64,000 bases of DNA from a virus. How positions within the stretch are numbered: the stretch's first letter is position 1; the number at the start of each line of letters is the position of its first letter. Where the stretch lies: the IMG/VR virus record IMGVR_UViG_3300019458_000191, positions 25,914 through 89,913 of that record. One strand, 5' to 3'. The notes under the pieces were generated by a model, which made no database searches, had not been told where the DNA came from, and was given only the letters and a program-made list of their open reading frames with translations. Shown here piece after piece: positions 9,282-18,273 of the stretch. A program made the translations under genes and the position numbers.

Positions 9282-9872
9282 ATGAGAAATGCTTGTATTC
9301 TTATCATATCCTTTATATTCATTATAACTGGATGTTCCATCAGACATTACAAAACCATGTCTCAATCATTTCAATTGGGCGTTCCTATTTTACAAACTAC
9401 CAATCAAGTTAAATATGTAGAATTGACTTATGAAAAGGTCGAAACTTTCATGGCTTCTTCTGGAATCAATACAACATTAAAAAATACATCCGATCAACAC
9501 TTTTTAGCTGTAGATGAAAATTGGATAACAAACACAGTGATCACAGAGTATAAACAATTCTTAAAAGATTTAAATCTGGAAAATAAATATGAATCCGAAG
9601 TAAATGATTGTGACGATTATTCTCGTACATTTACATTTTTTTGTAAAATAAAATCTCGAAGAACCAATGATTTTAGATATAGCATGGCCGTTGCTGACGT
9701 GTTTTATCACGTTGCAGGAAACAAAAGAAATCCCCATGCAATAAATGGAATCATTGTATTGACAAGCGAAGGAAAGTTAAAATTGGTTTATATCGAACCA
9801 CAAACCGGAATCATTTTCGCTGAATCCGAAAAATCAAATATATCAAAGAATGTTTATTTCTGGTCTATGTGA
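9282..9872 (+). CDS. Lipoprotein with papain/transglutaminase-like cysteine protease domain (Agglutinin_C/MOA-like)
   Basis: Lipobox ITGC; motifs DCDDYS, HAIN and IEPQ. Confidence 0.75.
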   Translation: MRNACILIISFIFIITGCSIRHYKTMSQSFQLGVPILQTTNQVKYVELTYEKVETFMASSGINTTLKNTSDQHFLAVDENWITNTVITEYKQFLKDLNLENKYESEVNDCDDYSRTFTFFCKIKSRRTNDFRYSMAVADVFYHVAGNKRNPHAINGIIVLTSEGKLKLVYIEPQTGIIFAESEKSNISKNVYFWSM

Positions 9873-9877
9873 CCTAA

Positions 9878-9906
9878 TTGACAAAACGGTTATGTTATGT
9901 CATAAT
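9878..9906 (+). promoter_or_regulatory. Sigma70-type promoter, probably leaderless
   Basis: TTGACA-17 nt-CATAAT with TG extension; the ATG lies 7 nt downstream. Confidence 0.7.
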
Positions 9907-9913
9907 ACAGTAT

Positions 9914-10354
9914 ATGATGACGCAAATCCTACTTCATTTGATAGGTGATTACTGGCTTCAATCCGATTGGATGGCCTTAAACAAATCAAAAAAGACATTG
10001 AATTGCCTTGTTCACTGTTTAATTTATACTTCTTTGTTTTTGTTTCTGACTACATCGGTTTGGGCACTATTATTCATCTTTCTGACACACTTTCTAATTG
10101 ATAGATTTCCAATTATCGTAAGAAAATTAATTTATTGGAAAAATCATTTTCCGAAGGGTTATCCAAGATGGGAACTGTGTGCTACAACGGGATATTATGA
10201 TGATTCTCCATACAATCCCATGAAACCTTCTTCTGATATTATTAAGAAAATAGGGCCACCACGACATTTCTTTATTACTGTTTGGTTATATATTGTTTCC
10301 GATAATGCACTTCATTTGCTTTGTAATTTCTTGGTATTAACTTATCTTGTATGA
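9914..10354 (+). CDS. DUF3307-like membrane protein
   Basis: Motifs HLIGDYWLQ...MA..K, H..IY, HFLID and DN.LH, with hydrophobic helices. Confidence 0.8.
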   Translation: MMTQILLHLIGDYWLQSDWMALNKSKKTLNCLVHCLIYTSLFLFLTTSVWALLFIFLTHFLIDRFPIIVRKLIYWKNHFPKGYPRWELCATTGYYDDSPYNPMKPSSDIIKKIGPPRHFFITVWLYIVSDNALHLLCNFLVLTYLV

Positions 10355-10698
10355 CTGAAGGTTATTACAATCATAATATTGACCCAATTTTTGAAGCCAT
10401 ACGGATTTTATCCAGTAGGCATTATTTAGATGATGGAAAAACCCTTGTATCATCTAAGCTTTGGGGGAAAACTCTCTTTGAAGGTAAATTGCGGTCAGAA
10501 CGATGGTGGCAAAATAGGTTGGATAAACTGAAAGAAGACCGTTCCAAAGAGCCAACGATTGAATTATCCCTCGGACCTGAATCAGAACTTGTTGATTTTC
10601 CAACACCTTACGAAGTGGAATTTGACCTTCCAAATAAGATAGATTGTACCTCGTATTTTTCTTGGTTGGAACGAAAGAAATCCTTTGACAAGATATAA
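10351..10698 (+). CDS. Hypothetical protein
   Basis: ATGA overlap with the upstream gene. Confidence 0.6.
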   Translation: MTEGYYNHNIDPIFEAIRILSSRHYLDDGKTLVSSKLWGKTLFEGKLRSERWWQNRLDKLKEDRSKEPTIELSLGPESELVDFPTPYEVEFDLPNKIDCTSYFSWLERKKSFDKI

Positions 10699-10712
10699 AA
10701 AGGTGGTATCCT
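10685..10712 (+). promoter_or_regulatory. Sigma70-type promoter for rIIA
   Basis: TTGACA-16 nt-TATCCT with TG extension. Confidence 0.6.
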
Positions 10713-10772
10713 ATACTCACAATCGATTTGAACGCTCGATTGAGAAACAAAAACAATAAACGCCCGAATAAA

Positions 10773-13172
10773 ATGATACCTACAATCCGAAACCAAGAAG
10801 TTAAGACGAACGCCACCGGCGAAACAATGTCAATGGGACTAGATGCCGAAGATATTCAACACCTTCTGCCGATTCTTCGTGACAGTCTTTATGCCAATAA
10901 GATTTTGGCTCCTATCCGTGAGTATTCTACCAATGCTCGTGATTCTCACACCGCCTTTGGAAAGGCCGGCCGCCCTATTAGGGTCACTCTTCCAACACGA
11001 TTCGAGCCAGAATTCCGTATTCGTGACTTTGGAACGTCGTTGTCATTGGATGAAGTCAAAAATACGTATCTGAAGTATTGCAAAAGCACCAAGAGAACGT
11101 CTAATGATTTCAACGGAGTCTATGGCCTTGGTTGTAAGTCGGCATTCGCTTATACTGACCAATTTACGGTTATCACCTATTTAGACGGTCAGCAAACGAT
11201 TATCAACATTCCCATCAGCGGCGAAGCACAGGTCATTGCTCAGGTTCCTACTACGGAAGAACAAGGATTGGAAATCGTTATTCCGGTTAATATCAAGGAT
11301 GTGGATGCTTGGCACGAAGAAGCCATGGCATTTTACGCTTACTGGTCCGTTCGTCCTACGATTGTCAATCAACGTCAAGATTTGTTTGAAAAATTCTTCT
11401 CTCCACTTCAAATCAAGCCCATCTTTTCTCAAGATGATTGGGAAGTTCGGCCGGGTGGATATAATAATCGTTCCAAGGCCGTTGCTGTCATGAGTTATGT
11501 TCCATATCCCATCAACTGGGAAACGGTCAAACGTAATTTCAGCGAAGAACAGACTCAAAAGTATGGAAAAATTCTTGGATTTGTTGAAAACAATTATGTG
11601 ACGTTCATGTTCTCCAACGGCACAGCAGACTTCACTCCTTCTCGTGAAGCCCTCCAATATACCGAAACAACGTTGGCCTCAATTTGTCATAAATTGGATA
11701 AGATTTCGGACGCCATTGAAAAGATTATTTCTGAAAGAATCTCTTCGGCAACTAATCTCTGGGAGGCCAAGTGCCTATACAATAAAGTATTTAATGGCTC
11801 CTCCTACGACCGGACAGAAGGTAATTTTTATGGAAATCTCGGCCAAATTCAAACCATGATGTCTGGAAAACTCAAGTGGAATGGCATTGGAATCGATGAT
11901 GGTAAGTTTTCAGATATCCATCTTTGGGATAGAAATACCGGTAAAATCAAAGACGGAACACATTATGATTCTTCGACTGTGGTTCCAATCTTTTCAAGTA
12001 TTACTGTTGAAGATAATACCAAGAAAACCGTGATGGTTTCAGGAGTCGCTCGATACGGCAATCAAAGCCTTTTGGCTAGTGAACGGGCTCTCGTTCTTAT
12101 TCTCGACGCTGAAGATACTTACAAAGCAGCGGCCGGCAGGTACCTCTTCTTTGAAGCGTATTTGGATAAGAACATTAATACAATTTATGTGTTGGATCTA
12201 TCGAATCCCACTGTAAAGAAGGAATTCTACAAACATTATAAGTTTGATTCTGTTCCGGTGATTTTGGCCTCTCAAATTGAGAATCAGGTTAAGGCTTTTA
12301 TTGCTGCTAATAAGATTGTTCGGGCTGCTTCTGAACAAGTGAAGGCACCTTATATCGATATGGCTCCTTATTTCGATGCCGTCGATGGTAAGAAGGATGT
12401 GTATTATATCGATTTCGTTTGGAATAAAGATGTGGTTCCTCCAAAGGATGTTGTCGGTGGCATTTATATTCAGGCCACACAAAAAGAAGCCAATTACCTT
12501 GACCGTTCAATGGAAATTGGTGGTTCCGGTGGGTATCGTCGTCGATATCGCAGTAATTATTCTGCTAATGAAATGAAGAATTTGTTGCTGAATTTCGCAC
12601 GTCTATGTCGTATGACTGGAAAGAAGGTCGATAGAATTTATGGTATTCAACCACGAACGGTCGATTCTAAATGGTTTAAGGAAGAAATTGCTGATGGAAC
12701 TTGGGTGGATATGGCATCGGTTGCCGCGGCCGAATTTTCCAAATTGGATATGAGCAAAGCATCATTGGCGATGGATTACAAGAATTCATTAAATGAAAGT
12801 AATACAATTCGTATTGAAGTGGCCAGAACGTTGACGCCCCTTATTTCTGATACGAATAATCCGATTCACAAATACGTGAGTATGGTTTCATCGGAACTTA
12901 GTAATTATTCTCATGTTCCGGCAATGGCAGAAAGTCTTTTGGACAAGAACGACAAGAATTTCAAAATCGTATCTGCTGGTACACAAATCGAAAAGGTTGT
13001 GAAGTCGATTAAGAAATTGTATCCTATGATTTCTATGTTTCCTTCCAATCATTATCTCTTCATGGAAGACGAAGAGAAGATTAAGAGGGTAGACCTGAAG
13101 GCTATTGCCGAATACATTAACGCTATGGATACCGTGAAAGCGGCTCAATCCCAACAACCAGTTGCTGTTTGA
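10773..13172 (+). CDS. rIIA: rIIA-like protein (N-terminal GHKL ATPase)
   Basis: Motifs LY..K....REYSTNA.DSH, IRDFG, STK, G.YGLG.KS.FAY.D.FTV and PSREAL; followed by rIIB. Confidence 0.92.
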   Translation: MIPTIRNQEVKTNATGETMSMGLDAEDIQHLLPILRDSLYANKILAPIREYSTNARDSHTAFGKAGRPIRVTLPTRFEPEFRIRDFGTSLSLDEVKNTYLKYCKSTKRTSNDFNGVYGLGCKSAFAYTDQFTVITYLDGQQTIINIPISGEAQVIAQVPTTEEQGLEIVIPVNIKDVDAWHEEAMAFYAYWSVRPTIVNQRQDLFEKFFSPLQIKPIFSQDDWEVRPGGYNNRSKAVAVMSYVPYPINWETVKRNFSEEQTQKYGKILGFVENNYVTFMFSNGTADFTPSREALQYTETTLASICHKLDKISDAIEKIISERISSATNLWEAKCLYNKVFNGSSYDRTEGNFYGNLGQIQTMMSGKLKWNGIGIDDGKFSDIHLWDRNTGKIKDGTHYDSSTVVPIFSSITVEDNTKKTVMVSGVARYGNQSLLASERALVLILDAEDTYKAAAGRYLFFEAYLDKNINTIYVLDLSNPTVKKEFYKHYKFDSVPVILASQIENQVKAFIAANKIVRAASEQVKAPYIDMAPYFDAVDGKKDVYYIDFVWNKDVVPPKDVVGGIYIQATQKEANYLDRSMEIGGSGGYRRRYRSNYSANEMKNLLLNFARLCRMTGKKVDRIYGIQPRTVDSKWFKEEIADGTWVDMASVAAAEFSKLDMSKASLAMDYKNSLNESNTIRIEVARTLTPLISDTNNPIHKYVSMVSSELSNYSHVPAMAESLLDKNDKNFKIVSAGTQIEKVVKSIKKLYPMISMFPSNHYLFMEDEEKIKRVDLKAIAEYINAMDTVKAAQSQQPVAV

Positions 13173-13182
13173 TAAAAAAGAT

Positions 13183-13210
13183 TTGACTTCGGCCTAATAT
13201 GAGTTATATT
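13183..13210 (+). promoter_or_regulatory. Sigma70-type promoter for rIIB
   Basis: TTGACT-16 nt-TATATT in the intergenic region. Confidence 0.55.
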
Positions 13211-13257
13211 AATCCGTAGTTTGAAACAAAACAAAAACAATTAAACAAAAAAGAACC

Positions 13258-14298
13258 ATGACATACTCACTTACCCCGAATGCTCTGACGGTTGTTACCA
13301 GTAACAACAAGGTTTTGATGACCCGTTCAGATAACCCTAATTGGCACCAGATTCTCTCTGCTTTGAAGCGTAACAACGAAGCAGATGTGGTGAATCTTAT
13401 GAATGTTCGTCGAACGGTTGAAACGTTCGGTTCGGACTTGGCTCCCGGTGCAATCACCATCCGTGACGGACAAGTTTTCTTCCGTGATGAATTATTGGCT
13501 GGCCTTGACGTTGACCGTATCCTAGAATTTTCTTGTAAGGGACTTCCGGTTGATGGTATGGTGGCCTTCTTGGAAAAGAAATTGGCAAATCCTTCTCGTC
13601 GTTCCATTGAATCCCTTTATTGGTTCCTTGAGAACGGTAATATGCCCATCACTCCCCGTGGTACGTTCCTTGCTTACAAGGGCGTTTCCAACGAATTCAA
13701 TTCGATTAGCACCGGCCGCGAACCTCTGATTAGTGGTGTTCGTAATTCCAATGGCTCCATTCTTAACTCTGTCGGTCAGACTGTTCACATGGAACGCCGA
13801 TACGTTACGGATGACTTCAATCAAGGTTGTGGACCTGGCCTCCATGCCGGTAGTATTAATTACGCCAAGGGATGGGGCCCCCGTGTTGTAATCGTGGAAA
13901 TCGACCCGGCTGACGTGGTTTCGGTTCCTTCATCTGAACACGAAAAACTTCGTTGTAATAAATATACGGTAATTGGTGAGTATGTTGCACCATTGTCTGA
14001 TACTTATACAGAGGAATTTCATCCTGAGTTGGCCAAGCCTAAGAAGGTTGTGGTTACACCTGAGATTCAGGCTCTTATCGACGAAGCTTATGAAGCTGGT
14101 CAGAAAGATGCTTCGCTCGATGAACCTACTTTGGATGATATCGAAACCGAAGAAGACACGGAAACTTACGATGACGGTTATGCCCGTGGTTTGAAAGACG
14201 GCCGTGGCCACAAGCGCAAGGTTTACTCAAATGATGAATTGGGAAATAGCGATTATGTGGACGGTTATCTCGACGGCTACCGCAGGGGCCGGAAGTAA
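13258..14298 (+). CDS. rIIB: rIIB-like protein
   Basis: Motifs NPS, LY.FL, IT..G.FLAYK, C..GLH.G...YA and V.IDPADVVSVP....KLRC..Y.V; C-terminal YxDGY repeats. Confidence 0.92.
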   Translation: MTYSLTPNALTVVTSNNKVLMTRSDNPNWHQILSALKRNNEADVVNLMNVRRTVETFGSDLAPGAITIRDGQVFFRDELLAGLDVDRILEFSCKGLPVDGMVAFLEKKLANPSRRSIESLYWFLENGNMPITPRGTFLAYKGVSNEFNSISTGREPLISGVRNSNGSILNSVGQTVHMERRYVTDDFNQGCGPGLHAGSINYAKGWGPRVVIVEIDPADVVSVPSSEHEKLRCNKYTVIGEYVAPLSDTYTEEFHPELAKPKKVVVTPEIQALIDEAYEAGQKDASLDEPTLDDIETEEDTETYDDGYARGLKDGRGHKRKVYSNDELGNSDYVDGYLDGYRRGRK

Positions 14299-14349
14299 AG
14301 AACTTCCCACAACGGCAGAGTCTTCAGCGTTCCCTCTGCCAAATAAACC

Positions 14350-14394
14350 GAGGGCATCCTCTCTTTCGGGTGAGATGGGTGCCCTCACTCTTTT
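14350..14394 (+). terminator. Long GC-rich hairpin terminator after rIIB
   Basis: GAGGGCATCC/GGGTGCCCTC stem with a TTCG loop, followed by CTCTTTT. Confidence 0.7.
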
Positions 14395-14402
14395 ATAGAA
14401 AT

Positions 14403-14888
14403 ATGTCAGTTACATTTATTATCAATCCGAATCAAGAAGTCTCCAAGTCGGAGTCGGTCAAAGACCGTGTAATTGAATACGTAACAGAATATAAGATAAA
14501 ATCTATCGATGGTAAAAAATACGCCGGGTGGTACGGCAGTACCGAAACGGAATATTTTAGTATTGTTTTTGTTGGAGGCGTTGTTTCTATTTCCTTAGCA
14601 GAACGTCAAATGAAGATAGGTGAGGATTATTGTTTACCCCTTATAGTTTCACGATTGAAATCGGTAGCGATAACCAACGATAACAATAAAAAATTAGTAG
14701 TATTGGGTAACTACAATTATAAACATGCAAATAAGGATTTAGATAGAGTATCATTTAAAGATGTCATGAAGCCTCTTGGTTGGAAATTTGCATCTAAAAA
14801 AGTAAAGGTTCAATACGATTTGATTGAATCGGATTTTTATGAAAAATCAGAAGAAGAAATTTTACCACCTATTAATATTGTAATATGA
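14403..14888 (+). CDS. Hypothetical protein
   Basis: Open frame in an operon, overlapping the next gene. Confidence 0.65.
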   Translation: MSVTFIINPNQEVSKSESVKDRVIEYVTEYKIKSIDGKKYAGWYGSTETEYFSIVFVGGVVSISLAERQMKIGEDYCLPLIVSRLKSVAITNDNNKKLVVLGNYNYKHANKDLDRVSFKDVMKPLGWKFASKKVKVQYDLIESDFYEKSEEEILPPINIVI

Positions 14889-15364
14889 AAAATAACTATA
14901 AAGACTGGTCCACCGATGACCTTAGAAAAGAAGCAGAAATAATCTGTGCAGAAATTTATAAACGTGAGAGAAAAGAAGATTCAAAGAAACAAAAGAATCG
15001 TAATATTAATGGAATTACTCCAAAAGATATTGTTGTTGAAATTTGGACGACCGATGGAGATGACCTTTATTATTCCTTTTATATTCTTTATGAAGGAAAA
15101 CGGTATGACATTTACTATGATGGAATTGCTGACTATGATAACAGATCAAAAGAAAATAATTGGGGATATCATTCTTGGTGGCCAATAAACCCGGATGAAG
15201 AAAATGATGAATACGCCACAAACGGTGCGTTCCTTTTTATTCCTGATGGTTTCAGTGAAGCAATGGAAAATGCTTATAATTTTAATGGAACAATAAAACA
15301 AGCAATTAAGAAATTGAAATCTTGTGGAATAACAAACGTTAACGAAAACATTATCCAACATTAA
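14885..15364 (+). CDS. Hypothetical protein
   Basis: ATGA overlap; acidic and aromatic composition. Confidence 0.7.
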   Translation: MKNNYKDWSTDDLRKEAEIICAEIYKRERKEDSKKQKNRNINGITPKDIVVEIWTTDGDDLYYSFYILYEGKRYDIYYDGIADYDNRSKENNWGYHSWWPINPDEENDEYATNGAFLFIPDGFSEAMENAYNFNGTIKQAIKKLKSCGITNVNENIIQH

Positions 15365-15367
15365 AAT

Positions 15368-15748
15368 ATGTCTTACTATCTCTTTTTGGATGATGTCCGT
15401 GATCCGAACAAATTTCTTAAATCCATTAGAACTTGGGTCATAGCTAGAGACTATAAGGAGTTCGTAAATATAATAACTAGAGATGGTCTTCCTGAATTCA
15501 TTTCTTTTGACCATGACCTAGCGTTTGAACACTATCCCCTTAATGACCCTCAACAAAATGGTACAACCATACCGTATAACGATTATACCGAAAAAACAGG
15601 TTATCACTGTGCTAAATGGTTAATCGAATACTGTATGGATATTAAAAAACCTTTGCCCAAGTTCCAAGTTCATTCAATGAATTCGGTCGGATCAGCAAAC
15701 ATTAAACAATTGCTCAATCGATTCAACGAAGTAAGAGATGATTTATAA
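15368..15748 (+). CDS. Cyclic-phosphate-processing receiver domain protein
   Basis: Motifs LFLDDVR.P, ISFDHDL, TGY.CAKWL and HSMN.VG..NI. Confidence 0.85.
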   Translation: MSYYLFLDDVRDPNKFLKSIRTWVIARDYKEFVNIITRDGLPEFISFDHDLAFEHYPLNDPQQNGTTIPYNDYTEKTGYHCAKWLIEYCMDIKKPLPKFQVHSMNSVGSANIKQLLNRFNEVRDDL

Positions 15749-15795
15749 TAAGTAACTATAGATACTCCTGGTATCGGAATTAACTTATTCATGAT

Positions 15796-15820
15796 ATTCA
15801 TGATATGTATTATCATGAAT
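15796..15820 (+). promoter_or_regulatory. Start-codon-sequestering hairpin overlapping a putative late promoter
   Basis: Perfect 10-bp inverted repeat ATTCATGATA/TATCATGAAT containing the ATG at 15815; TATGTATT spans the loop. Confidence 0.65.
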
Positions 15821-16663
15821 TATAAACGAATTTGCCCGGATTGTAATAAGGGAATCATCCACTCAGGAAAATATGCAAAGGATAATTGTAATAGGTCAAT
15901 AAAAAGAAATTTGCCTTGTGTTTCGTGTGGACGAATAAGAATGAAAAATAATCCGAATTATTGGAATAAAATCGAAGAAGTAAAGAAGATTTTGAGTAAA
16001 AAATTGAGTGGAGAATTAAATCCAAATTATAAAGTTCCTATGTCAGAGGAACAAAAAGAAAAAATAAGAAAAAACGCAAAGGTATTAAAAGGCAAAGATA
16101 ATCTAAGTTATAGAAAAAGTTTTTATACTTGGTGGGTAGAAAAATACGGAAAAGAAGAAGCTGATAAAAAATTATTGGATTTTAAGAAAAAACATTCAGA
16201 ATCATCTTCTGGAAAAAATAATCCTATGCATGGAAAACCATCCCCACAAGGTTCAGGAAATGGCTGGTCAGGATGGTACAATAATTGGTATTTTAGAAGT
16301 TTACATGAATTATCATATATGATTAGAGTAATAGAAAGATTCAATCTATTATGGGAATCCGGAGAAAAACAAAATTATTCGATTTCTTACACAAATTATG
16401 ATGGCAAAGAAAAAACTTATTTTTCGGATTTCATTATAAACGGAAAATATATGATTGAATGTAAACCCAAGAAGTTACATAAAACACCTTCCGTCAAATT
16501 AAAAAAAGAAGCAGCTGAAAAATTTTGCGTATTAAGAGGATTAAAATATAAACTTGTATCTCCTAGACTTTTGTGTTATGATGTTATGGTAAAACTGTGG
16601 AAAGATGGAAAAATAAAATTTCTTGAAAAATATGAAAGAAAATTTAGAGAATATAAACCATAA
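15815..16663 (+). mobile_element. Free-standing homing endonuclease (Zn ribbon, NUMOD3 repeats, TnsA-like PD-(D/E)XK domain)
   Basis: CPDC and CVSC; SG..NP.Y and SGKNNPMHGK; FRSLHEL, Y.SDF and IECKP. Confidence 0.8.
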
Positions 16664-17117
16664 ATTAGTTCTTATCGTTTTAGTCGGACCTCCGGGCAGC
16701 GGTAAAAGTACTTGGGGTAAGAAATTTGCTCAAGACCATAATTTGAACTATATCAGTACCGACGAACTTCGTGCAAGATTTGGTTCAGGAGAAGATGATC
16801 AGACAGTAAGTGGTGCAGTTTTTGGTTATGTAAAAAGAATCATTCCACAACTTCTTTCCACAGGTAAAAGTGTGTTGATTGATGCAACAAGCATGAGTCG
16901 GAGAGATAGAAAAGATTATATTAAATTTGCTGATGCTGTTGGTGCATACAAAATTGCTATTGCATTTGAAGTTGACCGAAATACTCTCATTAAACGTAAT
17001 CAAGAAAGAGGCGAAAAAGGCGGAAGAAATGTACCCGTCGAAGTCATTGATAGATTTTTAGGAAAATATCAAAGACCGGATTCCTCCGAAGGATTTGATA
17101 AAGTTGTAATCAAATAA
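16632..17117 (+). CDS. Polynucleotide kinase-like P-loop kinase (AAA_33)
   Basis: Motifs GPPGSGKST, STDELR, IDAT....R, RN.ER and VP.EVI. Confidence 0.88.
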   Translation: MKENLENINHKLVLIVLVGPPGSGKSTWGKKFAQDHNLNYISTDELRARFGSGEDDQTVSGAVFGYVKRIIPQLLSTGKSVLIDATSMSRRDRKDYIKFADAVGAYKIAIAFEVDRNTLIKRNQERGEKGGRNVPVEVIDRFLGKYQRPDSSEGFDKVVIK

Positions 17118-17120
17118 GGT

Positions 17121-17507
17121 ATGCCAAAGAAACCTGTAAAGACCGAAGATAACAATATTGTTTACGCCCTTCATTATAAGGGTAAATTATTAGGAACATT
17201 TAAATGGGAGGGTGGTGCATCATCAACACTACAGAGTTGGCGACCACCGAAGAAACTTTATTTTAAAGAACATCAAGCTAAGACGGGTGCAGCACACTTG
17301 CCCACAGATATCTTAGACGATGTAGAATTAGTCGAATATGTTCCGGTCAGGGTATTAAAAAGATTTTCTACTCAAGAAAGAAAAGATTATCTTCATAAGA
17401 AAGAAATCGAATTTAAGAAAAGTCAATTAGAGTATTCAAAAGCTTATCACAAGGATAGTATCAAAAAACATCAAAGAGAACTTGATGAATTATTAAAGAA
17501 ACAATAA
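17121..17507 (+). CDS. Hypothetical protein
   Basis: Open frame in an operon. Confidence 0.65.
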   Translation: MPKKPVKTEDNNIVYALHYKGKLLGTFKWEGGASSTLQSWRPPKKLYFKEHQAKTGAAHLPTDILDDVELVEYVPVRVLKRFSTQERKDYLHKKEIEFKKSQLEYSKAYHKDSIKKHQRELDELLKKQ

Positions 17508-17635
17508 TGAAAAAACAAGCCGGAAAAGGAGACAAACCGAGAAATTGTTTTTCTAAAGAATTTAAGAAAAACTATGACAACATCAATTGGGGTCATGGTA
17601 AAAAACAGAAACCATCAAATAAAAAAGGAAATTAA
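17507..17635 (+). CDS. Small basic protein, 42 aa (not in the ORF track)
   Basis: MKKQAGKGDKPRNCFSKEFKKNYDNINWG..., TAATG-coupled and exactly fills the gap. Confidence 0.7.
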   Translation: MKKQAGKGDKPRNCFSKEFKKNYDNINWGHGKKQKPSNKKGN

Positions 17636-17638
17636 GTT

Positions 17639-18187
17639 ATGCCCGGACAAAATGAATTACCACCTGTTCCAACACCTGAACCAACTCCAGAAGAATTGGC
17701 AAAACGTGAAGAAGCTTTGAATAAACTTGACCAATTACAGGCCGAACTTGAAAGACGACTGGCTGAAAGACGACTGGCTGAAAGAGAAGAGGCCAAGAAA
17801 GAAGATATCTTCGAGGGAACATTAAAAGATATCACGGAAGAGTCTTGTTGCGATAATTCGGAATGTGATTCACAACATTTGCCTGAACTTCCAAACGAAT
17901 CCAACACGGTGTCTATAGAATGTCCTCTTAATTGGGATTCGTTGACCGAGAATTCTGTATTAGTGATTAAAATCGATTCTACGAATCCAATGCGGTTCGC
18001 TCAATTTCAGCACGCTTTGGTTGGTTCCCTTCTTCAACCAAGAAAAGAACTTTTAAAGGAGAAGAAAATTTCTGTCGTATTCATGGGCTCTCAAGATGAC
18101 ATGTCCGTTTTAGAAGAAAAGGATATGAATCGATTAGGATGGTATAAGAAGGAAAAGAGTCTAATTATCACTCCAGACGACATTTGA
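17639..18187 (+). CDS. Hypothetical protein
   Basis: Proline-rich N-terminus and coiled coil. Confidence 0.7.
   Translation: MPGQNELPPVPTPEPTPEELAKREEALNKLDQLQAELERRLAERRLAEREEAKKEDIFEGTLKDITEESCCDNSECDSQHLPELPNESNTVSIECPLNWDSLTENSVLVIKIDSTNPMRFAQFQHALVGSLLQPRKELLKEKKISVVFMGSQDDMSVLEEKDMNRLGWYKKEKSLIITPDDI
17750..17785 (+). repeat. 15-bp in-frame tandem repeat
   Basis: GAAAGACGACTGGCT repeated about 2.4 times, encoding ERRLA-ERRLA-ER. Confidence 0.85.
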
Positions 18188-18220
18188 CGCTAATATAATA
18201 AATCAATATTTATTGGACTT

Positions 18221-18267
18221 TGCCCTTTCTGTATGATAGAATAAATACATATCATTAAGAAAGGGCA
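18221..18267 (+). promoter_or_regulatory. RBS-sequestering inverted repeat upstream of clpP
   Basis: TGCCCTTTCT/AGAAAGGGCA, a perfect 10 bp plus inner ATGATA/TATCAT; ends 6 nt before the ATG. Confidence 0.6.
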
Positions 18268-18273
18268 CTTTTT

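Noticed and set aside
11181-14211. Long antisense ORFs within rIIA/rIIB
   Set aside because: They are shadow frames of well-supported genes with biased codon use.
17750-17785. 15-bp tandem repeat as a regulatory or contingency locus
   Set aside because: It is an in-frame duplication within a coiled coil, with only about two copies.
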